From the sequence record MH533020.1: a stretch of 64,000 bases of DNA. One strand, 5' to 3'. Within the stretch, counting starts at the first letter, position 1. Each line of letters begins with the position of its first letter. Position numbers and translations under genes: made by a program. The notes beneath the pieces were generated by a model. The model was not told the DNA's origin, ran no database searches, and was given only the letters and a program-made list of their open reading frames with translations. Positions 28,054-36,810 of this stretch are shown one piece after another. Source of the DNA: Acinetobacter phage ABPH49.

Positions 28054-29041
28054 CACAGACATTCGTGGGATCTTTGTTGCCGAGCCAAAGTCTATCCGCA
28101 CACCGTGGTACACCGTTGGTGAATACACCATGCCAGACGAAGAAGATGGAAAACTTTATGAGCTGAACAAGTTCATGGAGCTGTTCGTCGATATGAACCC
28201 AAACATCATCGAACTTATGTTCGTCAGGGAGTCGGAGATCCTCTTCTCGACACCTGAGTATTGGGAACTCCGTCGACATGCTCACGCTCTGCTGTCGAGC
28301 AAGGTAGCCTTCAAGTTCTCCGGGTACGCGATGGCACAGCTGAAGCGCATCAAAGGCCACGACAAATGGATCAACAACCCACAGCCGGTAGAGGTCCCAA
28401 GCCAGCTGGAATTCTTCAGGATGGTGAATAACTACACTGAAGAGAGGATCTTGAAACATAAAGACTTCATGGACGTACTGATCAGGCTGGAGGGTCTTGC
28501 ATCACTGATCCCTCTGGGAAACTGGTTGTACGGTGTGGTGTTCGACTACCGAGAGTCGGTGCCTCCGATGTTCAACCCGGACGGGTCAATCAGGAAGATC
28601 GCTTATGAGGACATTCCTGACGACATCAAGAAACGCGCGCCGCTCTTCATCGTAAAATACTTGAGCGAGGACCACAAACTCGCAAAAGAAAAGCACAGGA
28701 ACTACTGGACGTGGAAGGAAAACCGCAATGCGGCCCGTCACGAACTGGAGGTTAAGTTCGGTTACGACACAAAACACGCCATGCACCTTGTGCGGCTTAT
28801 GCGTATGGCCCGTGAGATCCTCGAAACCGGAGAGGTCCATGTCTGGAGGCCTGACCACGAAGAGCTTGTTGGTATTCGAAACGGATCCCTTGATTACGAC
28901 ACCCTGATCGAGTGGGCCGAGATGACCGACGAGTATGTGCGGGGCGAGGCATACCAGAACACAAAACTTCCTAAAAAGGTTGACTTGAAGCTGGCATCTG
29001 ATATACTGCTCAAAGTTCAGGACATGGCTTGGAGGAGTTAA
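27965..29041 (+). CDS. Pol-beta superfamily nucleotidyltransferase of unknown specificity
   Basis: NTase core motif GS-x10-D-x-D (AGSKAYGTSVPTSDTDIRGIF) followed by a helical C-terminal region; RBS AAAGGGAGAAAAT; 358 aa. Confidence 0.6.
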   Translation: MSEENKVPGKVIMKCLAGSKAYGTSVPTSDTDIRGIFVAEPKSIRTPWYTVGEYTMPDEEDGKLYELNKFMELFVDMNPNIIELMFVRESEILFSTPEYWELRRHAHALLSSKVAFKFSGYAMAQLKRIKGHDKWINNPQPVEVPSQLEFFRMVNNYTEERILKHKDFMDVLIRLEGLASLIPLGNWLYGVVFDYRESVPPMFNPDGSIRKIAYEDIPDDIKKRAPLFIVKYLSEDHKLAKEKHRNYWTWKENRNAARHELEVKFGYDTKHAMHLVRLMRMAREILETGEVHVWRPDHEELVGIRNGSLDYDTLIEWAEMTDEYVRGEAYQNTKLPKKVDLKLASDILLKVQDMAWRS

Positions 29042-29043
29042 AA

Positions 29044-29304
29044 GTGTTGCAGCAGTTGCCGTTCGTTGAGATGGGTGCCGGTCTGGCACTCATCCTGTAC
29101 TTTGCGATGGTTCTTCGTGTGTTCTTGCGTCTCAAGCGGGACGTTGTTCTCAGAAGGGTTGTCGGCAAAGAATCACAGGAGGATTGGGAGGATTTATGCT
29201 GGAAGATGGCAGCGTGGTGGCCGGTAGTCCCGGTGACAAAGAAGATCCTGAGGAAGTTATCGAAGTCAAAGAGTGCCGTGGTTGCGGTAAATTTGGCGAA
29301 GTGA
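29044..29304 (+). CDS. small membrane protein
   Basis: GTG start; hydrophobic LPFVEMGAGLALILYFAMVLRVFL. Confidence 0.4.
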   Translation: MLQQLPFVEMGAGLALILYFAMVLRVFLRLKRDVVLRRVVGKESQEDWEDLCWKMAAWWPVVPVTKKILRKLSKSKSAVVAVNLAK

Positions 29305-29366
29305 ACTTTGACGGGTACGGGATCCAACAGTATTATTGTGGAGGAAGTCCAAATTGTTGTCCGTGA
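29196..29366 (+). CDS. small Zn-ribbon protein
   Basis: RBS CAGGAGGATTGGGAGGA; CRGCG...CGGSPNCC. Confidence 0.35.
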   Translation: MLEDGSVVAGSPGDKEDPEEVIEVKECRGCGKFGEVNFDGYGIQQYYCGGSPNCCP

Positions 29367-29698
29367 ATGAAACATTCGAGGTTGGTGAAAAGGTAATAAT
29401 CAGTCGGGCCGGGTACAGTAAAGCTGTGTCAACCGTTGAGAGGATGACAAAAACACTGTACATTCTGAAAAACGGGATGCGCTTCTCCCGAGAAAGCAAC
29501 TCCGCGAAGAATGACAGCCATTACACCATAACCTGCCTAATGAAGGCGACACCGGAAAGGCTTCGTAAGGTCTATGCCCAAAACTGGCGCAGGACTTTAC
29601 ATGCTTTTGACTTTAATGAGTTCGACGATGATGCCATCATGGCCGTCGCCAAGGTGTTCAAGGAGGAGCGTGATAGATGTCAAAAGAAAACAAACTGA
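29336..29698 (+). CDS. hypothetical protein
   Basis: ORF track 120 aa; start uncertain. Confidence 0.45.
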   Translation: MWRKSKLLSVNETFEVGEKVIISRAGYSKAVSTVERMTKTLYILKNGMRFSRESNSAKNDSHYTITCLMKATPERLRKVYAQNWRRTLHAFDFNEFDDDAIMAVAKVFKEERDRCQKKTN

Positions 29699-30129
29699 TC
29701 CGTGGTCAGCTGTCGATCTCCAGACGGGATGGCGGCGGTGTACCGGCGCGAGTGACCATCAAGATTCGTGATGAAGTAAGCCGTACCGATTTTGTTGAGA
29801 TTGAGATTCCGTTCGACGAGTTCGCAAGGGCGCTGATGGGATCCGCAGAGCGTCCAATGGGCTACCGTACTAAAGGTCTGGACGTTATCGGCAAAGAACG
29901 CATCAATGAGAATCGCAAGATGATCGTGGACAACGTCGGTTACGACAAGGATGTGTATTCCAAAATCATCGATCGAGACTTCAAAGAGGAAGGGTGGAAA
30001 GCCTGCTCTTATCTCGGTTCAAAGAACTCGATCACTCGACTGGGTGACGAAAAGGTTCAACTGAGCTTTGTCGTGAGCAAATACGAGGAGAGCAAAGACA
30101 ATGAGTACAAGCATCCACCTGAGCCGTGA
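29677..30129 (+). CDS. hypothetical protein
   Basis: ORF track 150 aa. Confidence 0.5.
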   Translation: MSKENKLIRGQLSISRRDGGGVPARVTIKIRDEVSRTDFVEIEIPFDEFARALMGSAERPMGYRTKGLDVIGKERINENRKMIVDNVGYDKDVYSKIIDRDFKEEGWKACSYLGSKNSITRLGDEKVQLSFVVSKYEESKDNEYKHPPEP

Positions 30130-30274
30130 GCAGCTGCTGTTCATCGCCTGTAAATTAGCCGCCGGTGAGGGGTCAATCGAAGGATGGGCACGTCACTACA
30201 ACTTCAAGGATGGTATCCCCGCCGGTTACGCGGAGAAACAGATCCGAGACTACATCGAGGAGGTTCGTGAATGA
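30101..30274 (+). CDS. hypothetical small protein (57 aa)
   Basis: ATG overlapping the upstream gene end; ends in ATGA coupling with the 30271 gene; below the track cutoff. Confidence 0.35.
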   Translation: MSTSIHLSREQLLFIACKLAAGEGSIEGWARHYNFKDGIPAGYAEKQIRDYIEEVRE

Positions 30275-30483
30275 GCTTCGGTATCCCACCGATCGGTGTC
30301 GGCGACTTCTCCGAATACTTCGAAAGGCTGAACAAACAGCCTCAAGTTGTCCAACCGGTCGAGAAAAGTGACTGTCTACACGTAAACTGCCCTTCCTGTC
30401 GTGGGACCGGTATTCGTGCAAACGGTCAGATGTGTGTTCATGGGATCAGCTGCCCATGCAAAAACTGCCGGACTTATGCATAA
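30271..30483 (+). CDS. small Zn-finger protein (CxxCxGxG DnaJ-like repeat)
   Basis: CPSCRGTG...CPCKNC; 70 aa. Confidence 0.5.
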   Translation: MSFGIPPIGVGDFSEYFERLNKQPQVVQPVEKSDCLHVNCPSCRGTGIRANGQMCVHGISCPCKNCRTYA

Positions 30484-30504
30484 GAATTCATGAGTAAGGT
30501 ATCG

Positions 30505-30540
30505 CCTATGGGTGGGATCTCATCCATAGGCATTTTATTA
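30505..30540 (+). terminator. rho-independent terminator (CCTATGGGTGGGATCTCATCCATAGG + T-rich tail)
   Basis: perfect 7-bp stem hairpin followed by CATTTTATT. Confidence 0.55.
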
Positions 30541-30671
30541 CTAATTATCGTCATTTATCTGCACAAATTCAAATCCTCTAAATATCTGTTGCAGTGTGCT
30601 ACTACAAATCCCTGCCTGTAGCTTCTCTTCTTTTTGTGGTAAAATGGTTACGTACCGATAAGGAGGTAATC

Positions 30672-31145
30672 ATGTTTTACTCATACACGATGAACACCCC
30701 CTTTGTTACCAAAAGCCATCCAAAACTCCTCGACGGAGATCTAATCACCTTCTCTGGCGGTTACATCAGGCACATCACCGATGAGGATTACAATAATACC
30801 TTCGTAGTCAGGGATCTGAGCAGGGATGTGTCTTATCGCGCCAGTTCCGCAGACTTGATTGTGACAAGAGGTGGTGATGGAAATCGTCCTTGGCAGCAGC
30901 TGAAGATCGTTGTTCCAAGGACTAGGGCGGGCCACATGGTTCTGAATGACTTCCCCGATGAGGACGATCGGGACGACGTGGCTAACTTCATCGAGGTACT
31001 CTCGGAGATGCAAAGGGAGTACGACAAAAGGAACGGAGTAATGTCGAAATTGCTTGGGTTGATGAAGGATCCTGTCGCAAAAATCATCTTGTTGGCAGGT
31101 TTGGTATATGCTATGGTGACAGTATTCGTGCTGGTTGCCGGTTAA
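30672..31145 (+). CDS. hypothetical protein with C-terminal TM anchor
   Basis: RBS AAGGAGGTAATC ATG; extended -10 TGGTAAAAT upstream; C-terminal hydrophobic IILLAGLVYAMVTVFVLVAG. Confidence 0.55.
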   Translation: MFYSYTMNTPFVTKSHPKLLDGDLITFSGGYIRHITDEDYNNTFVVRDLSRDVSYRASSADLIVTRGGDGNRPWQQLKIVVPRTRAGHMVLNDFPDEDDRDDVANFIEVLSEMQREYDKRNGVMSKLLGLMKDPVAKIILLAGLVYAMVTVFVLVAG

Positions 31146-31149
31146 CGTA

Positions 31150-31195
31150 AAGGGCTAATCATCTTCGGGTGGTTGGCCCTTTCTTCTTGTAAAGG
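31150..31195 (+). terminator. putative rho-independent terminator
   Basis: AAAGGGCTAATC...CTTCGG...TTGGCCCTTTCTTCTT hairpin with T-rich tail after the stop. Confidence 0.4.
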
Positions 31196-31299
31196 CCTGT
31201 ACGGCCTCGAGAGACAACACCTGTACATCGGCTCATCTTTCCTGAGATCGGCCCACAGTGGCCCGCACAGGAGCAAACAGAGGCATTTGAGGAGGTTAT

Positions 31300-31788
31300 T
31301 TGATAGAGCACATGCAAGACTGCAAAGATGCGGTGATGATCCTTGCTTCCAAGTGGAAATACGAGGACATGGTTATCGACAGGAAAGACATGTTGAGGGA
31401 TTACTCCACAAGAGAGGTCCATGTCCGAGAGTGGCCCAACTCATTAGTGGGTAACGGGTACAGATTCAAAGCCACCCGGGCAGAGGGGCGAGGTGGGGAG
31501 ATGTCAGACTGGAGGTTCTGGAAAACAGAGAGCAACTGCCTGCTGCAATGGAGAACAGGGATAGGGAAAGAGGGCTGGGACAACCACCGGTTTGTGATCA
31601 CCACCTTCGGAAAAGAGTCTGTTGTTGAACGACTTCCGGTGAACAAGTTCTTCTCCAATCCTCTCGAACCAACAGACGGAGAGATGATGATGTTCATGAT
31701 GTTGTACCCGGAGGTTATCCCGGCACTGGCGGGGATGAAGAACATAGGACCTTGGATCTGGGAATGGAAAAAGAGGGCGAACAGATGA
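31300..31788 (+). CDS. hypothetical protein
   Basis: ORF track 162 aa; last + strand gene before the strand switch. Confidence 0.5.
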   Translation: MIEHMQDCKDAVMILASKWKYEDMVIDRKDMLRDYSTREVHVREWPNSLVGNGYRFKATRAEGRGGEMSDWRFWKTESNCLLQWRTGIGKEGWDNHRFVITTFGKESVVERLPVNKFFSNPLEPTDGEMMMFMMLYPEVIPALAGMKNIGPWIWEWKKRANR

Positions 31789-31792
31789 CAAA

Positions 31793-31815
31793 AAGGGAGC
31801 CGAATGGCTCCCTTT
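31793..31815. terminator. bidirectional rho-independent terminator (AAAAAGGGAGCCGAATGGCTCCCTTTTCTTTT)
   Basis: perfect hairpin flanked by an A-run and a T-run, at the point where the + and - strand gene blocks converge. Confidence 0.75.
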
Positions 31816-31826
31816 TCTTTTATCGC

Positions 31827-32021
31827 TTACTTCTTGGCTTTCTTCAATACCGGGGCCTTGAACGGGTGGCCCGGTGAAACGGTAGTTCCGTTGGTGAAGC
31901 AGTGACCCATTACCTTTTTGGACACGACCCAACCGTTCTTTGGGGTCTTTACCCACCAGTGCACGAACGGCGCGGACACCACCGCTGCCAGAAAGATCAG
32001 GAACAGAGAGTCATACAGCAT
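31827..32021 (-). CDS. small membrane protein
   Basis: internal ATG (MLYDSLFLIFLAAVV...) with RBS AAGGAGG; part of track ORF 31827..32066. Confidence 0.5.
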   Translation of the reverse strand: MLYDSLFLIFLAAVVSAPFVHWWVKTPKNGWVVSKKVMGHCFTNGTTVSPGHPFKAPVLKKAKK

Positions 32022-32259
32022 CGGGAACCTCCTTAGGTAACGGGCCAGAAAGGGCCTCCAATTCAAGGTCTTCTCCGAAAACCACCGAAGAGCTGAAGCT
32101 CAGGCCGGTATCATCAAGACACAGGTCTGTCCACAGGTTCATGACCTCTTTCTGGGCGATCCCCGCCGCATACTCGTAACTCTTGAACGGCCCGTAGGCC
32201 TTGAACGCCACCAGATCACCATTTGAACCAACAACCATCACGTTTGCTACGTATTCCAT
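32011..32259 (-). CDS. hypothetical protein
   Basis: ORF track 82 aa; RBS GGGGAG. Confidence 0.5.
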   Translation of the reverse strand: MEYVANVMVVGSNGDLVAFKAYGPFKSYEYAAGIAQKEVMNLWTDLCLDDTGLSFSSSVVFGEDLELEALSGPLPKEVPDAV

Positions 32260-32267
32260 AAACTCCC

Positions 32268-32537
32268 CTATTTCAGTTTCTTGAGGTTCTTCTCTTGAAC
32301 CCGCAGTGTTACCCAGCCACGGGACGTGCCAGTTTGGACCCTGACGGAGAACATTCTCTCCGTTGGATTCAACGGATGGGCATACGTCTCATACATCACG
32401 TAGCCGCGTTTACCGGCGTACTTGCCGGTTGTTGGAGTTACATCATCGTCTGACTTTATCGTGGCAGGAACGGGGGTTTCCCCGTACTTCACCCTCGCTG
32501 CCCCTCTGGCCGCATACCATTCTGAAAGGTCACTCAT
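32268..32537 (-). CDS. hypothetical protein
   Basis: ORF track 89 aa. Confidence 0.5.
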   Translation of the reverse strand: MSDLSEWYAARGAARVKYGETPVPATIKSDDDVTPTTGKYAGKRGYVMYETYAHPLNPTERMFSVRVQTGTSRGWVTLRVQEKNLKKLK

Positions 32538-32749
32538 TTCGCCTCCAGCAATGCCAGCCCTTTGCGGTGAATCAGGTCGCGAGCAGTGTACGGCTTACCT
32601 GTACCTTCCCACCCAAGTACGAGATGAGGATTAGCGCAGGTGAAGCAGAACTTATCATACTTCCCGCCGGAGTAGTCACGGCGACAACGAAGGCAGTGAC
32701 CTAAGTACCGGTCATCGTGCGGGTGATCCGCATTGCTGAATACTTTCAT
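32534..32749 (-). CDS. small Cys/His-rich protein
   Basis: internal ATG (MKVFSNADHPHDD...CLRC...CFTC) of track ORF 32534..32848. Confidence 0.45.
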   Translation of the reverse strand: MKVFSNADHPHDDRYLGHCLRCRRDYSGGKYDKFCFTCANPHLVLGWEGTGKPYTARDLIHRKGLALLEAK

Positions 32750-32883
32750 TATTTGAACTCCAAGTACCGAGGCTCTACGTTGCCAACCTCGATGTTGTTG
32801 ACGAGGATGTCGTAGTTCCCATTGTCCCGCTTCCTCAATATTTCGCATTCAAAGCGATAGTGTTTTGGAAGGTATACACTCAT
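32749..32883 (-). CDS. hypothetical small protein (44 aa)
   Basis: perfect RBS AAAGGAGG; TAATG coupling to the downstream gene; overlaps the 3' end of the 32849..33163 gene. Confidence 0.35.
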   Translation of the reverse strand: MSVYLPKHYRFECEILRKRDNGNYDILVNNIEVGNVEPRYLEFK

Positions 32884-33163
32884 GTTTTTCCTCCTTTAGT
32901 TTCTTCCTCCGGGCAATAGCCCTCGCGGCCTGAATGTCCTGATCGGACGGTGGAGGGCCATCATACCCTCCATGCGCCCAGTATGCAAGAGTCCGACCGC
33001 AAGATTTGCACTGGTGGGAATACTCACAGACTGTGTAGTCAAGCCGGTCGTGGACGACCGTCTCAACCTCTTCACTGGAGCAGACGAAACACTTCTTGGC
33101 CCCGCCATCCTCGTCCCAGAATTCACTGCGGAGCTTGTATGTTTCAGGCCGCACCGGCTTCAT
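32849..33163 (-). CDS. Cys-rich (Zn-binding) protein
   Basis: ORF track 104 aa; CFVC...C..C..C pattern. Confidence 0.5.
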   Translation of the reverse strand: MKPVRPETYKLRSEFWDEDGGAKKCFVCSSEEVETVVHDRLDYTVCEYSHQCKSCGRTLAYWAHGGYDGPPPSDQDIQAARAIARRKKLKEEKHECIPSKTLSL

Positions 33164-33512
33164 ACTCTTTCAGCAGGGCTATCACACCGGCCTTCAGAGG
33201 GTTATCAGCAATTGCAGAGTACCGTGGCACCTTCTCACCTTTAAACTCCGTGATGGCGTACCACAGCCCGTTCTGGAGCTTGATCTGGGTTACCCCGCCA
33301 TTCATCAGGAACCGGAAAGAGTCCCCCGCGTTGGAGCAGAAATCGTACCAGTGGTATTCGTCATTCTTTACCACACCAACGGAGCGATTGTCCCCGGCAT
33401 GTGGGTACCCGACAATTTTTGGTTCTTCCTGCCAGCCAGATTTTTCACGGATCATCTTCAGGAATTCCGCGTTCAGCTGGAAGGTTGTCATCTTGTCGTA
33501 ATTTTTCATCAC
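33144..33512 (-). CDS. hypothetical protein
   Basis: ORF track 122 aa. Confidence 0.5.
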   Translation of the reverse strand: MMKNYDKMTTFQLNAEFLKMIREKSGWQEEPKIVGYPHAGDNRSVGVVKNDEYHWYDFCSNAGDSFRFLMNGGVTQIKLQNGLWYAITEFKGEKVPRYSAIADNPLKAGVIALLKEYEAGAA

Positions 33513-33862
33513 AGTAGCCCTTTTGCCTTGTTGAGAACAGCGTTAACCCAGTCGCGATCGAAGCCCGGCATGGTTGGCAGAGGGGTGTCTTGAGGAACGG
33601 CGTCAATCCATTCCAGAGCCGCCTCCAGCGCCTCAACCATCTCGATGCTTACCGCCTTAGCATGTGAAGATCCAACGCGGATCAGTTTATCATCTTCCGA
33701 CGACCAAACCTCTACCGTATTTAACAGTTCGTCTTCCTCGTCGTCCGAAAATGCCGTGGAAGGGATCTCTTTGAATACGTGGGCATTTTCTTTCTTCTTT
33801 GTGTAGCCATAGCCCTTTTGTGCGTACCACCCGTGACTGGTGTCTCTGATCAGGTAACCCAT
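33509..33862 (-). CDS. hypothetical protein
   Basis: internal ATG (MGYLIRDTSHGW...) with RBS GGAGGA; within track ORF 33509..33886. Confidence 0.5.
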   Translation of the reverse strand: MGYLIRDTSHGWYAQKGYGYTKKKENAHVFKEIPSTAFSDDEEDELLNTVEVWSSEDDKLIRVGSSHAKAVSIEMVEALEAALEWIDAVPQDTPLPTMPGFDRDWVNAVLNKAKGLL

Positions 33863-34277
33863 TATAAATCCTCCAGTATTTCCCAAACCTCGGAACGGAA
33901 TTCCGGGTCGCAGTTCAACAGCATTTTTATCGTCGTGTAAAGCTCACCAGATGAGTCAGGGAACGGCATCAAGTGGTACCGGCGAGCATTGATCTCCGCG
34001 ATGTAAATTTCACGTTCTTCCTCAACAGCAGACGGACTCTCCGTCATCACGTACCCTGTCCCGCTGAACATGGTGCCCTTCGGTGCAGGGATGCCACGGG
34101 AGATTCGACGATAGAACGCCTTGATTTCCGCCACCGGGTACCCGAAGTAAACTCCGAGGCCACCCAGCGCAAAGCTTTGGCGTGGAGGTGTTTGAACTCC
34201 GGCAGAGGGATGTCGAATTCGTCACCGTCGTTAACCCGCTCGTTAAATTGCGGAAAATTTGGTCTTGTTTTGGTCAT
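33862..34277 (-). CDS. hypothetical protein, possibly one gene split by a frameshift near 34135-34150
   Basis: track ORFs 34047..34277 (good RBS) and 33862..34134 (no ATG or RBS of its own) overlap head-to-tail in different frames. Confidence 0.3.
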
Positions 34278-34281
34278 TATT

Positions 34282-34485
34282 TTACCCCTTTACGTTGCCG
34301 AAGATGTTGTAAGCTTGCGATCTGTCGATCTCCCCGTGAACCCAGTGGTCCTCTTTCTCGTGGCACACCTTGCATATCCGGTACACCGTCGTAACGGGAC
34401 CATCAACCATGACGTTGTGGTCAAGGTGGGAGATCACCCAGTCGTGTTTGCACGACCTCGCCTTCTTCATGAAAAATCCGAACAT
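34282..34485 (-). CDS. small Zn-binding protein
   Basis: ORF track 67 aa; CKH...C..CH pattern. Confidence 0.5.
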   Translation of the reverse strand: MFGFFMKKARSCKHDWVISHLDHNVMVDGPVTTVYRICKVCHEKEDHWVHGEIDRSQAYNIFGNVKG

Positions 34486-34487
34486 GG

Positions 34488-34736
34488 TTACTCCTCGCTG
34501 ACCCAGTATTTGTAAAACATAGAGTTAACAGCGACGCTTGACTGCTCGTAGAAGAAGTCCGCACCGGTACCTGTGTAGAATGTGGCGAGGTTTGGATGGT
34601 ACGAAGTTACCAAATTGAACAGCGCCTGACCGTAGCGGAGGTCAGGGTTCTTGATAGCCTCGTCATGCGCTCGAGAGGCAAGTTCCACGGCAACGAGTAA
34701 CGGAATCCGGTTGATTTCTTTATCCAGCTTTGACAT
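34488..34736 (-). CDS. hypothetical protein
   Basis: ORF track 82 aa. Confidence 0.5.
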   Translation of the reverse strand: MSKLDKEINRIPLLVAVELASRAHDEAIKNPDLRYGQALFNLVTSYHPNLATFYTGTGADFFYEQSSVAVNSMFYKYWVSEE

Positions 34737-34886
34737 ATCCTCTCCTAATGTGAGTTCTGTTTCGATATGGGGATTCTCTCACCTGAAGACATCCATGTCA
34801 ACAGAAAAGATCACAATTTTGCGAGGAGGAGAGTCAAGCCGACCGTGGCACCAATCCCAACGCAAAGAATCAACTCAATAATCTCG

Positions 34887-35522
34887 TTACTCATTGATTT
34901 CCTCAATCAGTTGGTTCAGTAAGTCTCTGAGTTTTATGATGTTTTTAACACCCATGATGGAAACCTCCTGATTTTTATTATCATCTCGCCTCAGGCTGAT
35001 GGTGCTGGCATTCCCGTTCGAGGTCGCCGTTACAATGGCATCATCGATCTTTCCGCATACCCTCATCGCAGGCCAAGCTACCGTAACCTCCTTTTCGAAG
35101 AAGTCTCGTACCAGCCTAACCACCACCGGTCCGTACATCTCCGCAACCTTGATGATGCGTTCCACACGGTGATATGCTACATCACGCTCACCAATAAACC
35201 GTGTAGTCAAGCATCGAGCTACCTGCACCAAGTGGTTATCGTTATCGGCGCGGAAGCTCCAGTAGCCCTCAGGGTAGGATGACGGCATCATCCGGGTAAG
35301 CAGGCGCTCCAACTGCTCGTCCACGATCTCAACATCTGGATGGATCATCATAGCCGAGAAGTGAAAAGACATCATGTTCCAGTCTACAGCTCCCGGCCCG
35401 CCGGGGAGGGCATCTGAATACATCAGGTAGCCGGACTCGCGAGCTTGACGAAGGTCCATTGTGGACATAAGCTCGTACTCTTTGCGTGGCACAACCACGG
35501 CCACTGATTGCGGCATACTCAT
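34887..35522 (-). CDS. hypothetical protein
   Basis: track ORF 34887..35531; ATGA-coupled start preferred. Confidence 0.55.
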   Translation of the reverse strand: MSMPQSVAVVVPRKEYELMSTMDLRQARESGYLMYSDALPGGPGAVDWNMMSFHFSAMMIHPDVEIVDEQLERLLTRMMPSSYPEGYWSFRADNDNHLVQVARCLTTRFIGERDVAYHRVERIIKVAEMYGPVVVRLVRDFFEKEVTVAWPAMRVCGKIDDAIVTATSNGNASTISLRRDDNKNQEVSIMGVKNIIKLRDLLNQLIEEINE

Positions 35523-36160
35523 TTGAACCACCCCTTTATTTTATCCACCACCGTCTGTCGTGGAGGTGCTGGCTTCAGCGTGAAGTTCTCTGGAACAACA
35601 ACCAGATCTTGGGTCAAGAGGTCGTGAGCCTCCTTCATCATCTTATCTAAGTTGTTGAATTTTCTATTCATTTTTGAAACTCTTGCAAACTTCTCGGTGA
35701 GTTCACCCACAGCCAGACTGTATTCACCCTCCAAGAATATCACATGTTCCATTAGGCCGGTTACTTTGTAGCCCCAATGACTGTGAGGATCAGGGCGAAT
35801 TCCAGTTTTCTGGCATACGGCATCTAGCTCATTGTAGGCCGCTGTCAGTGCGTTCCAGATTCCCTCTACACGCTCTGAAGAGCCTGACAATCGGTCCTTG
35901 TAGGGAGCCGTATCAAACTCTTCCAGCCGGGGGTAGATTCTCTTCGGAGGAGGGGCACTTACGGCCTGAGTTTCCAGAGCTTTCTTCGTTCCGATCGTCA
36001 GACTCAGCTGATCGATATCTGACACCCGATCAAGGATGTACCGGCGCAGGCCTACAACCCCGTCAGGACAAGACAGAATCTCTTTATACCCCCGCGAGGA
36101 GTTTACCTCGATCTTCGTCGTGTGTTTGGACAAGAAGTCCAGAATTTCTGTATCGGTCAC
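35519..36160 (-). CDS. hypothetical protein
   Basis: ORF track 213 aa. Confidence 0.55.
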   Translation of the reverse strand: MTDTEILDFLSKHTTKIEVNSSRGYKEILSCPDGVVGLRRYILDRVSDIDQLSLTIGTKKALETQAVSAPPPKRIYPRLEEFDTAPYKDRLSGSSERVEGIWNALTAAYNELDAVCQKTGIRPDPHSHWGYKVTGLMEHVIFLEGEYSLAVGELTEKFARVSKMNRKFNNLDKMMKEAHDLLTQDLVVVPENFTLKPAPPRQTVVDKIKGWFK

Positions 36161-36170
36161 TTATTTATCC

Positions 36171-36542
36171 TCACCATTTTACGACTATTTGCACCGGGTA
36201 TTGTATAGAACCGCCCCGCTCGTATGCCTGCCGGTAGCCGAAATGCGCCTCGAATCCAAGATCTTTAAGGTTGGATATAAGGTTTTTGGCTCGCGTCAGA
36301 TAAGGCGATACATCGCGGTCTATGCCGTCTTCGTCCGGGTCAGCTACTGCTCCGGCAGTGCAGATGATGCATGAGTAATGTCCCTTGCTTGCTGCGGCGT
36401 GAATAGCATTTTTAACGACCTCTGGTACAAGCTTATCCTCCGCTTCTTTGGACTTACGACGGACATTCTCCGCATTAAATGCCTCAAGATCCACACCCTC
36501 TGGGTATGTTGTATCGTCTGTATGGATCATTATTACCTCCAA
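36171..36542 (-). CDS. hypothetical protein
   Basis: ORF track 123 aa. Confidence 0.5.
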   Translation of the reverse strand: MEVIMIHTDDTTYPEGVDLEAFNAENVRRKSKEAEDKLVPEVVKNAIHAAASKGHYSCIICTAGAVADPDEDGIDRDVSPYLTRAKNLISNLKDLGFEAHFGYRQAYERGGSIQYPVQIVVKW

Positions 36543-36808
36543 CGGATGTGATCATCGCAGCTGTACTCGTACTGAGTCTGCAATGTTGTTTGTGGGACCA
36601 TGACCTTGCCGATGGTCAACCATGTTGTGACGGATTTGGTTTCTGACTGACCGGTCTTGACGCAATGTTGGGCATCCATCTCGACAGAGTCTTTGTACAT
36701 GGCGATCGGCAGTACAATGAACAGGAAGGCCACCAGCCAGACAGCAATGCCGATAAAGATGCCATCTTCAAACTTCATTGCGTCCCAAAGATCTTCAAAT
36801 ATCCACAT
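36533..36808 (-). CDS. membrane protein
   Basis: ORF track 91 aa; TM segment IFIGIAVWLVAFLFIVLPIAM. Confidence 0.5.
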   Translation of the reverse strand: MWIFEDLWDAMKFEDGIFIGIAVWLVAFLFIVLPIAMYKDSVEMDAQHCVKTGQSETKSVTTWLTIGKVMVPQTTLQTQYEYSCDDHIRWR

Positions 36809-36810
36809 GA

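Noticed and set aside
30545-30580. tRNA-like T-arm (AAATTCAAATCCTC)
   Set aside because: No acceptor stem, D-arm or anticodon arm can be built around it. It lies within a terminator and promoter region. No tRNA genes were detected by eye anywhere in the window.
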